Made by a program: the position numbers and the translations under genes. A stretch of DNA of 63,982 nt, filler included, from Hyphochytrium catenoides (taxonomy: Eukaryota > Protista > Hyphochytriomycota): NCBI GenBank assembly GCA_900088475.1. It is 9 parts of 9 records of this genome, joined end to end, with 100 filler letters (N's around TTAATTAATTAA, not from the genome) between each part and the next. Parts side by side here need not be neighbours in the genome. Positions count along the whole stretch, not along the records: positions 1 to 21,590 come from FLMG01002201.1; 8 more parts are not named here. One strand, given 5' to 3'. The notes beneath the pieces were generated by a model. The model saw only the letters and a list, made by a program, of their open reading frames with translations. It was not told the DNA's origin and did not search any database. Shown here piece after piece: positions 1 to 10,667 of the stretch; positions within the stretch are counted from its first letter, which is position 1; each line of letters begins with the position of its first letter.

Positions 1-442
1 GGTTTGCGGAGCATTGGCCTGATCCGTTGGATCATCACACGCCTGATCCAAGTGCTCCACTCCCTTCCCCGCTGCGGAGCAGGAAGCCTAGGACCTACTC
101 TCACTCTACTACGCAGCCCCTAACTTCTCCTCCCTTTAGCTTTAGCCCCTCTACTCGGCGGCAGACACCCTTGATCAGGACATGTCCCAGGGCAGCCAAG
201 CCAAAGTATCGCCTGTCATCTCGTCACATCAGCAGCCGCGCATCAATCTAGTTGAGCCGTGAACAAGGCACAGATTGCCTCTACTTTATGTGACTCTGGA
301 TATTAGTTTATAATATACTAGTTGGCCTGCCTCGGCCAGTTAGTCGGCTGACTTGCTAGGAGCTTCTGCTCCTGAGATCTGGGTCTTACTCTCGCTTCAT
401 ATAGTTAAAAACCTTTCTCCTTGCTCCGCGCCACACCTTCAG

Positions 443-2527
443 TCAGGATGCAGGGGACGGCTGGTGCTGGAAGCTGACTACTGCGGGCCGCAACAGAGAG
501 CTTGGCACCTCCATCGTGTGAAGCTCGAGGAGTAAAACGCCCATCGCCACGAGGACAACGGGGATGTTAAGCAAGAGTCCGTATCTCGCAAACTGCAAAA
601 AGGATATCTCAAGCCCCTTCTTTGCTAAGATCTTGGTCCACATCACCCCCGCCAAACACCCGATCAGAGTAAAGTTTGTGCCGACATTGCTAGCAAAGAC
701 CACACTCCAGGCGGCGGCCATTCTGTGCACGGCCTCGGCGGTGTAGCTCTGGCTCATGAGCACTCTGGTCATCAGGATAGTCATCGGCTGCGTAGTGAGT
801 GTGTTTGCGAGCAAGATCGAAAGAAATGTCGTCAAAAACACAGTGGAAACCGTGCTGCCTGAGCCTGAACATGGGAGATCGGGTCGTCAGCATTTGGACA
901 AGAGGAGCAAGGAAATACGATATGCGCGGGCGCACCTGCAGTCAGCAGCTCAGCAAAATATTCTATCCATCCCGTCACTTTCAGGCTCTCCACCAAGGCG
1001 AACATCCCAAAAATAAAAGGAACGACGGCCCATGGAAGTGCACTGATAGGTTTTAGGAAGCTTAGCTCCCGTGCAGGCGCAGGTGGAGCTTCCTCAGGCA
1101 CAGCCACCTTTCCATTGGATAGCTGCGCCTCCCCGTCAACAACGTCAATGTCAGACGCTACAGGCTCCCTCGCGTTGACGTCAGGGTTGGATGAGGACGG
1201 TCCTGCCGCAGCTCTGCCGGGAGGGAAGAAGGACATAAGTGGCAGTGTTCTTCCATAATGAGTTTTGAAGATATGCTTTGCCTCACCTCCGGGGGCTACC
1301 AAGTCTGCGAGGTGAGAGCCTGGGTTTGGTCTCTATACCAGAGCCGGAGCTGAGGACCACTGATGCCTGTCCTACAGTGCGATGAGGCTTAGAGAGCTTC
1401 TCCGGTTCCCGCAGACTTGTCCTCGTGGAAAGGAGTCTGATCTTGGCGAAGACTCCAGCGTAATGGAATGAGTTGTACAGCAGCTGGACGCCTGCAAAAA
1501 TAAAGCTCACTTGCCATAGAGTGATGCCTAGAGATGGAGCTAGCGCCAGTCCCACGAGGTAAGCACAGAGGTTGACAGAACCGAAGATGGCGCCAGGGAG
1601 GTCTTTCATCATCTCTGAAGAGTGAATGGGAGGCAGCTGCACCGTGCGGCAAATAGAAGGTTTGAAGTACCAGAGCCCTAGTGCTCCCGAGCAGATGGAG
1701 CCAGCTGAAAAGAGACAAAGGTCAGTCGCTATGGATGTTATTCTCTGACGCACACTCTCTCTCTCGCGCGCACTAAGCTTGCATACACAGTTCGCCAACC
1801 TCTTTCATCCTAGCATTCCTGTGCGTCTCTCTATTTGACTCACCGAGTGAGGGCGCGAGCATCCACTGCAAGTAGGTCACAAAGGTAATGTCGAAGGCTT
1901 CCGCCACAATGATATTGGTTGGGTTTCCGATCAGTACTGCCGCGCTCATGATGTTGGCGGCGAAGAAGGACATGAGGAGGAAAGGCAGCGGCTCCGTGCC
2001 GGTGTGGGAGGTGAAGTAGAAGACGATGGGCGTCAGTGTCATGATCACGATGTCATTCGAGGTAAAGACCGTCATCACGCTGCTCAGCACAAAATACGCG
2101 AGGTACACCTGAACGGATTGGTTAGGCCTAAGCGGGAGGGAGACAGAGTGTGGGGATGAACGACTCTTACCTTCACGCAGGAGCCGGACGTCACTTCGGT
2201 AATTCTGAGGCCCATCCAAGCAAAGAGGCCCGTCATGTCAAGTGAGGCGCAGATGAAGGCGAAGGACATGAAGAGCATCACTACGGTTAGAGGGGAGACG
2301 CCCTCACCGGCCACACTGTGGCCCACATCTTCCCAAGAGATGGTTTTAGAAGCGAGAAGTACCAGGACGCCAATCACTGGAGGGTAGCCGAAGTGGAAGG
2401 TGAAGCCCAACGAGGTCTTAGGAAGGTTTATTCTGCAGGGCTTAGTGGCTGCCAGGATGACGAAGACACTAGAGAAGAGAAAGACTAGGAGAGAGAGATT
2501 CGAGCTCTCCGACTGTGGGCGCTCCAT
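443..2527 (-). CDS. ArsB/NhaD (ArsB/Lsi2/CitMHS-like) multi-pass anion permease, about 5 exons
   Basis: Spliced hydrophobic ORFs with family motifs LDMTGLFAW, VFTSNDIVIMTLTP, LIGNPTNIIVA, PWAVVPFIFGMFALVE and ASNVGTNFTLIGCLAGVMW. GT-AG introns join the frames. ATG at 2527, TGA at 443. Confidence 0.85.
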
Positions 2528-3143
2528 AGTCTCCCAATCCGATCGCCCGGAAACGCGACCTGGCCGTTGTGTTCTAAGGAAGGGTCCTGCCAATCTCACA
2601 AAGAAATCTCTTCTCAGGTGAACTTTGCTTTTGCTGGCCGCTCTGGATGTCTAAGTGACTTGTCTTCTTCTTCCCCGCCGAGCGCCATCCAGGAGCTCAA
2701 TTCTGGAGCTTCAGAAGACTCTGGGTGACTTCAGGTGAAGACAACAAGGCTTAAAGGAAGGCAAGAAAAATCGACAAAGAGAGCGAGAGAAGGAAGAGAG
2801 AGAGAGAGAGAGAGCGAAAGAGAGCGAGAGCGAGAGCGAGAGAGAGAGATAAAGAGTAGTGAAGCGGAGACATGTGAGGCGGTGTGCTTTTGGGAGGAGA
2901 GACACAGCCCCGCCCTCTGCTGACCGGTAACGAATAGCCATCAGGAATGTAACTGCCCAGAGAAAGCATCGGAAATGTTCAAACATTTGTTACCTGCATA
3001 GCCATAAATATTACTACTAAACAAAATTCATGAAGCTATACATCCCGAAACCTTCAATATGAAACTCTTCCCCGCCATCACCTCCTCCCTGACCACAGAT
3101 TGCCTTTCGAACGGCTACTGCCCCCGCAGCACCAGGAGCACCT

Positions 3144-3369
3144 AGAGCAGCAGCAGCAGCAGCAGCAGCAGCACCCAGAGGAACAGCAGCAGCAGCAGCA
3201 CCCAGAGGAACAGCAGCAGCAGCAGCAGCAGCAGCACCCAGAGGAACAGCAGCAGCAGCAGGAGCAGCAGCACCCAGAGGAGCAGCAGCAGCAGGAGCAG
3301 CACCCAGAGGAGCAGCAGCAGCAGCACCCAGAGGAACAGCAGCAGCAGCAGCAGGAACAGGAGCTGCAG
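3144..3369. repeat. CAG-based compound minisatellite ((CAG)n-CACCCAGAGGAR)
   Basis: Repeated CACCCAGAGGA(A/G) units separated by variable CAG runs; reads as QQQQHPEE on the + strand. Confidence 0.9.
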
Positions 3370-3750
3370 AGCATCATGAGGTCTAAGATCTTTCTTCGTT
3401 TTCTGTCTAACCTCCTCTCCCGAAGGCCTGGGGTCGCTCGATAATTCTTGATCGGCCCTAGCGCCCTTCACTCTGAAGAAGCTACAGAGGTAGCTTCTTA
3501 GATACGTCCTTCAGGGGCTTGAGTGCTGATGTATGTCCAGGTAGTGAAGGTTAGTACTGGGCACTCAAGGATCTCGACTCTGCCGCTTCTCTCTACAGCC
3601 CAGCAGTTGCCAGCACTGATCCGAAGCCGGACCGACAAAGCAAGAAGGGTTCATGTTTCAGTGCCGTGACAATGAGTCTGTAGTACGCGGGGATAGGGCT
3701 AAACAGAGCTGGTCCCTCTCTTGCCTAGTCCAGCCGCCTGACGCCCGGTC

Positions 3751-4301
3751 TCATTTTGTTCGAAACTGCGTGCTTCCGTCCCAATCTAGGGGCGGCGGCT
3801 TCTTGGTAAACCGTTCACATTTCTCGAGAAGCATCAGGAGAGGTGAGTCAGCGGGGAAGCTTGTTAGAGCTTCTTGCGCCACTCTTGCGCCGTCCTGGAA
3901 CTGAAAGAGGAGAGGTGTGTCACTGCCTCGTGGCCAAATCCAACAGCATCTCACTCACCTGGCGCCCCTGATAGAGGCGGAAAGCTCGAGTTGAGATCTC
4001 CGCCAGCTCTTCGTTCTCCACCTTTTTGTGCAGGAGCTCCCACACCTGCAATGGAGGTGAGCGATCAGCTTCTTGTGCAATAATAAGGGCAGGGCAGGAG
4101 AGAGGAATGGAATAAGGTTGAGAAGCCATGAGCTAAAGGCGTTACCAGGAGATGGCTTAGCCAGGCATATTTAATGTCATGGCGAACAATAAGGGACTCG
4201 ACGGAGATAAAGGATGGGAAGATGTTACATATTGAGAGTACAGGATGAGAGCGAGAGCAAGAGAGAGCAGAGGAGAGAGAGAGACGGGGATAGAGAGACA
4301 G

Positions 4302-4336
<35 letters not shown>

Positions 4337-7300
4337 ATGATACGCAGAGGGGTAGCCGATTGAACGGAAGTGACAGACCTCTGTGACCCCTTGTCGTCCC
4401 TTGACGCCGACTTTGTCGATGGGGCGGTAAAGAATATCTGGCAGCACAATTCCCGTTGCTCCTGTCGATCCTGGACTCTTTCCCGGCTTATCGTCCACGA
4501 GCTCCTTCAGCGTCTCGGAGGTGATGAGAACGCCGGTCTTATAAGCTTTGTTCAGTCGCTCCACCCGGGAAGCGAGGTTCACTGGAAGGAGGGCGTAAGA
4601 GGTGTCGTGGAGTGCACAAAACTCTATCAAATAGCTTTTTCCTTTACCTGTGTCGCCTACGACGCCGAACTGGGTTGAGGGGCCACGAGTAAGGGACCAA
4701 AGAAAGGAAATAAAATAAAGAAAGGAGAATTGATGTCAGATCTATCACGTGGAGGTCGAAGGAAGAACTGATATTAAAGGGGCGAATAAACGGAATGACA
4801 GAATAGAAACTGAATGTTGGTCACTAGCTAAGAAGATAAGGCGTCTGCTCACCTTCAGCTTATCTTGGCTTCCAATGTTCCCGCTGAGGACCAGCCCCGT
4901 GTGAATGCCCAAAGTCACGTTCAGCTGTGGCAAACTGCGCCGTTTCCAGCGATTGTTGAGCCTCTCGAGGCGTTGCAGCATTAGTAATGAGCAACCGCAA
5001 GCCATCCGCGCGTGGTGTTGGACGTCATCAGGGCTATAGGGAGATACGAGGGGGAGAGGGGCAGACGTGAGCATTGTCTTCCACTCAATCTTCCCGTCTC
5101 CTATCACTTCCTTCGAATCCTTATGAAGCTATCCTCAATCTCACCGCCACTTTCGTTCCTTAGGGGTTTCTATTCCATGCCCTGTAACCCCGCTCTACAC
5201 AACGCTCTACATAAAAGAATCTCTCTCTCTCTCCCCCTCACACACACACACAGACAATTCTCTCTTTCTCTCTTACCTGTTCCAGAAGGCCATCATGCCC
5301 CCTCCAACGAAGTCCCCAACAGTTCCCCCCGTGCTCTCCACGACCTCTACCATCGCGCCCAAATACTCAGCGAGTTGCTCCATAAAGTCCTGCGCCCCGT
5401 CCAGCTGCTCCGTGAAGTTTGATATGTCACTGAAGAGCACCGTCACTCGCCGCCGAGTCACTTGAAGGCGTGTGGCCTAAAAAGGCATTCTTATCAGGAT
5501 AAAGTCAAACAAAAGCAAGGATTCAGAGCTACAACTTACATCTGTGTCCCCTGAGACTATGCGGCGCACCTGAGGAGAAAGCATAAAAGGAGATGACGAG
5601 GGTGTTGGTGACATGGAGATTCATCAATCGTAAGAAGTCCTTCTCGTTGTTCGTGTTCCTTTGCAGCCGACACGCAGTTTGTACATACCACGGACTGAGG
5701 GACGAACTTTGCGAACGCTTGAATCCCGTCTCTGAGACGGAGGTAAGAGGTGACCATGGACTCCACCTCACGAATTCGTGTCCAGACGAAGAGATCGCTG
5801 CAAACGCATAGACAGACCAAGGTCGGAGAATGTGAGCAGAAGAGCGGCAGAAAGGCTGTCTGNNNNNNNNNNNNNNNNNNNNNNNNNNNNNNNNNNNNNN
5901 NNNNNNNNNNNNNNNNNNNNNNAAGATCGGCGCCTGGGAGTTTTACCTGAAGCTGAGCTGCGCGAGCTCCGTCATGTCGATGGCGACCCGCTTCAAAGGT
6001 TGAGAGAGAAGATAGGAGAAGCGGAGAGCCAAGACTAGCGAGACCGCAATCCACACCGCCGCCACGACTGATAAAGCGGCCAGAGTGCCATTGATACTCC
6101 GATTCGTGGCTGCAAAGAAGAAGAACCGTTGAAGGCAGGAAAAGAGTGAGGACGAAGTACGTAAAGTCAAGAATTTTGCTCTCTCAGTGTAAGGAGACAG
6201 GGCCGCCAATCGCCATACTAACTCAGGGGAAAGGAATGGGCAGGCGGGGTACGAGTTCGAATGTGGTACCTCTCCAGCTTACCTTTCTGCACATTCTCCA
6301 TGGACTGAAGAGCGTCCGTTCTGGCAGCGAGAAGTTCCCCGCTGTAATCCTCCTCAGGAATAATGATCAGGAAAATCCAATCCACCCCATTCTTCTTGAC
6401 TGTGAGAGTGCGACGGGTAAGTGAGAATTCAGGAAAGGATACAGCAGGTGACGAGGACGGCTTGTGGACACAAGAGAGGAGATGATGGGCGAAAGTTGTA
6501 GACTGTAAAGCAAGAGAGGAGGGAGGAATATGAGAGGAAAAGTTCCACTTAGTGGCTCCTCGGGAGCCGGCCCCTCAATCAAACTCACTGGAACCAACTT
6601 CCACCAGCGTGCAGGTTCTCCTGAGTTCAATGTCTGGCCCGCTCTCCGCGCATGTTTCGCCACTAATATTCTCGCTATCGAAGCCGTATTGGACCATGGA
6701 CTCAGGCACAGCCTGCGCGCCAAGTCATGTCAGAAGCACCGCAGCCGTTCACTCTTCTTTACTCTCTTTCTTTATCTCTTGTCCAGTATCGAAACCTTCT
6801 ACTAGTCCTACTCTTCCTCTTTCTACCTCAGGCACTTCTCGCCCTCAGCTTCTCACTTTGGCCATCCTAACCCCTTCCCATCAACACACTCCTCTGTTGG
6901 ATATGATGATGTGCATAGATCATGTACACTCACCAGCCAGGACTTGTACTTCCACAGAAGATGCTGTGCTGTGGCCCTCACGAGCGGGTGGGAGGCTTGA
7001 GTGGCCGGAGGCAACAAGGATCCTCGGCTGTCATCAAACTTGACAGAGGATCCGTCTGAGAGGGCAATGAGCCGGCCAGACTCGACGGAGGCCGACGGGC
7101 GATGCGGATCGAGGATGGAGGAGCGCTCAATGAGCACCGTCAAAGAGTGTGCCGTTGCTTTTTGCGTCACGAGAAAGCGTGCGAGGAGTCTAAGATTGAT
7201 ATCAACCATCGTCGCCCCCACGAACGTCCTTCTTGCAGGGCCTCCTGGGCGCACGTAAGGGACTGTGAAAGTGATGCCGGGCAGGTTGGCGCCTGCGTTG

Positions 7301-9286
7301 ACGAACGTGTAGATAGGGGACCAAATGCCCTCCGGCTCATAACCTGGATCATCTTTTCTGGAGGCGTACAACTCTCGAGGAAGAGCGTCTGGGAAAATGA
7401 AATGTCAAAGATAGGTATAAGACCATTAGGACGTCTCTTCGCTCTTTCTCTCCCTGTCTCTCCCCATTGCTCTCTCTCTCCCTGTCTCTCCCCATCTCCA
7501 GTCACGTACACCAGGTCCTGTTTAGCACGTTATAATCTGCAGAAACATTGAGGTTGTCCTCCGGCCTTTGAGAGCAGGCTTGCGTAGTCTCGTTCACCTG
7601 AGAGGGGTAAATCTATTATCAGCGGCGCTCTATTTTCATCACCATGTGGCCGTTGCATCTTCACGAGAGCTCTCCTATTTACTCTATCTAGCGCCATCTC
7701 TTCTCTAGTTGTTCTCTCTCTCTCTCTGTCTCCTCGAATTGGCCAAGAGTCGCCCCAAAGAATTATTAGCCCTTACGTTGCACTCATGTAGGACAAAGGC
7801 AGCTCTAGGACAGGTCCTGAGCCCGATTTCGTTGATATCCAACACCTGATAGCCATAGGCAAAGTCTTCCCGGATGTTGCAATAGCTAACACCATCTATA
7901 AAAGCGGAGGGATAGGGTCAGATGAGCCATTCAAGACCGAAGGTGCCGAGGAATCGATTTAGAGTCTTAGTGAGAGAATGGTGTACAATCGTAGGCAAAG
8001 GGAGTAGTAGTAGAGAGTAAGAGAGAAAACCGAGATGAAAGAGAGAGGAGGAGAAATTCCGCAGAGGAAAGCAAGACCGACCGCCGGGGTGAATCCAATG
8101 ACTGAGGATGTATCCACGCTGAATGCCCGCGTCTCCTTTATCGTCACGAGCCCCTATAAGCGAGCCATCTGATAATCAAGCAGAAGTGTCAAAGCTATGC
8201 CAACATGTGACCAAGAAAATGATTTAGGGTATGCACGGAGGCTCAATGACGGTAGTAGTACCTGCGTCGTACGCAAAGGCTAGGGTGTTGATGTTAGGAT
8301 TCTGAGTGATGATGTCCAGCATGTTAGAGAGAAACTTGTGCTTGTAGGTGAAGATGTTTGGGCCAAGCAGCTGAGTGGAGTTGTACAGCGGTAGTGTGAA
8401 GTACTCCGAGGCGATGATCTGCAGCAAGAAGGTCTTTAGGTAAGGATAATAAGTATAGGAGGGAGGTGGGAAGGGACCGGAGTGCACCGCCTAAAGCAAA
8501 ATGATGGGCAGGCGACTCACATCTAGCGACGTCTCGGCTGCCGCTGCCGCCTCGTCAAAGAAGCGATTAATGTTGGTCTTGATGCCCGCGGAGGCTGCTG
8601 CCCGAGCATCTGCTACTGATCTGTTGATAGCTTGGTAACCCTCGGCATATAAGGTCTTCAGGGTGTCGGCGCTGCGCTCCTTATATCGACTGAGAGAGCT
8701 CCTCGTGAAGCCCGTCATCAGGACAAATGTGAAGCTAACGCTAGTTGATGGCGTGCGGTCATCGAAGAAGAGGAGGAAGAGGGAGAGAGAAGCAGAGCTA
8801 AGGGTGTGGACATCAAGGGATACAAGTCATCATCTCTCTATCTTTACCTTAAGATCTCGTCTGTACTCCGGGATGAGAAGCGAAAGGGGCAGAAGAAGGC
8901 AGCAAAATTTACGGGAGATTCATGTTAGTTCATGTGTCCAGATCTTTCTGCAGAGAAAGTTGAAGGAGCCTAGGGCTCAGGCACTTACGGATGCAGAACA
9001 AGATAAAGATGCCTAGGAAGGCGCTCATCTTGCCGTTGCGTAGTTTGAGGAAAAGGCCCCGCAAGCTCTGCTTCCTCGAGCCAGTAGATGTAGTAGCTCC
9101 TCCACCTCCATCCTGGTCCCTGCTGGTTCCACCTCCAAGCTGCGGACTCACAAAGTCGTCTTCGGCCCCCCAGAGGAGCTTCTCGTCGGAGTGTAGAGCC
9201 TTAGAGACCGCACGCAGTCTCGCCGTGTCAAACGATGGCCTTGATGCGTTGGAGGACCGGCGACCACCATCTGCCCCACCTTCCAT
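3751..9286 (-). CDS. Membrane class III nucleotide cyclase (TM - extracellular Cache-like sensor - TM - HAMP - cyclase - bacterial-type C-terminal tail), multi-exon
   Basis: TVLFSDISNFT, GGTVGDFVGGGMMAFWN, LGIHTGLVLSGNIGS, KFGVVGDTVNLASRVE, VKGRQG, and C-terminal PPPLDWDGSTQFRTK. Cache-like WSPIYTF...GITFTVP...VGATMVDINL; HAMP-like LSQPLKRVAIDM...REVESM. Contains an N-gap at 5863-5922. Confidence 0.85.
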
Positions 9287-10667
9287 GCTGGTCGCTGGAG
9301 TGAAGAATGGTCCAATAACCCCAACTATGATCGGAAGCGGAGGAATAACAATGGAACGGCCCTCCTGATGGTCACTGCTTTCGTCTCTGCAGCGTTAGAT
9401 GGCCAACTGAACCTGTCCATGAGGAGTGCCATAGCTGGAAAGGTAGAGAGCATCTTATGCCTTTCGCATGACCATCTGTACTGTCTCAGACTAAGACGCC
9501 ATCTGTACCAACTTCATTGTTATGTTGTGTAGCATATAGAGCTACTCCTCATGTATGATGCGGAGAGAGAGAAGAAAGTAACGCTATTCGTACTGCTGCT
9601 GCAGCCTTTCTTGACGAACAAAAGGCAGGTAGAGGTAGCTCTGCTAGAATTGACTGCCTCAGCCCGGCGTCGTCTATGTTGTCCAGCACAGACGGAGGTC
9701 AATCAGGCCTTTCCCCTCCTCGTGGTGGGTAGTACTAACTAAATGATTGATGGAGTGATGAGCAGTAGTGTTCTTACTACTACTTCAATAAAGCGGCAAT
9801 GGTTGTTGTTCCAGCAGATGATGCAACGCAGCAGCAATGACTGTCACGGCTCTCCAAGGAGGAGTGTTAGTAGAGAGCTGTACCGATGATGAGGGGCTCT
9901 GGACGCTTGTTGAGCACATCGGGAACCTGGTCGGGAACCTGGTCTTCAAAGCTTCATCAGTGCCTGCCTTCTGCCTTCATCATCTTTCTGATCTGTCTCT
10001 GAGCTCGGATAAAGGAAAGAAGAGAACGCAATTTTCCCTCCTCAGAATTATCGACGAGGGACCGAATTCACAACACGAAATGGCGAGAACAACCTGTTCC
10101 GATTTCTGCACACCTCTAGATTCTCAAACTACCTTGGTCACACACGCATTCTACACTTCACGAACAAAGTGTCCGCCGAATATGGCTCCCAAGGATGAAG
10201 AACCTACCGAATATAGGTCAATAGTCCTCCCAATAGTACACCCTGCACACCCCACCCCCACCCACCCACCGTCAACACTTCTATTGGGTCACTTTATCAT
10301 AGTCCGTCAGTAATCACTCAGAGAAATGAGATTGGTTATCAGGACAGAGAAGAAACGGATGTTTGGAGGAAGTGAAGGGCCCAAAGAAGGAGGCGGCGGC
10401 GGCAGCAGCGGCAGCGGCGGCGGCGGCGGAAGGAAGATGCGACACCGGCGCCGCGGATGATGAAAGGACCGATGGCGATCTTCTCCTGCTGCAGGATCCC
10501 AGAGGAGCTGAACGGCGTTGTGAAGCCCAATGACTTGAGCTCGGCAGCTCACCTGTGTACGATCATGCACCCGGAATGGCCCTTCTTCTTCGTAGACTAG
10601 CAGGGCCATAGCAGAAGTGGTGTGAACGCCTGAGCGGGCAATTGTAGCTTTGGATGTGATTTCAAGA

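Noticed and set aside
3078-3471. Poly-Cys (metallothionein-like) and poly-Leu ORFs on the minus strand
   Set aside because: Antisense readings of the CAG minisatellite.
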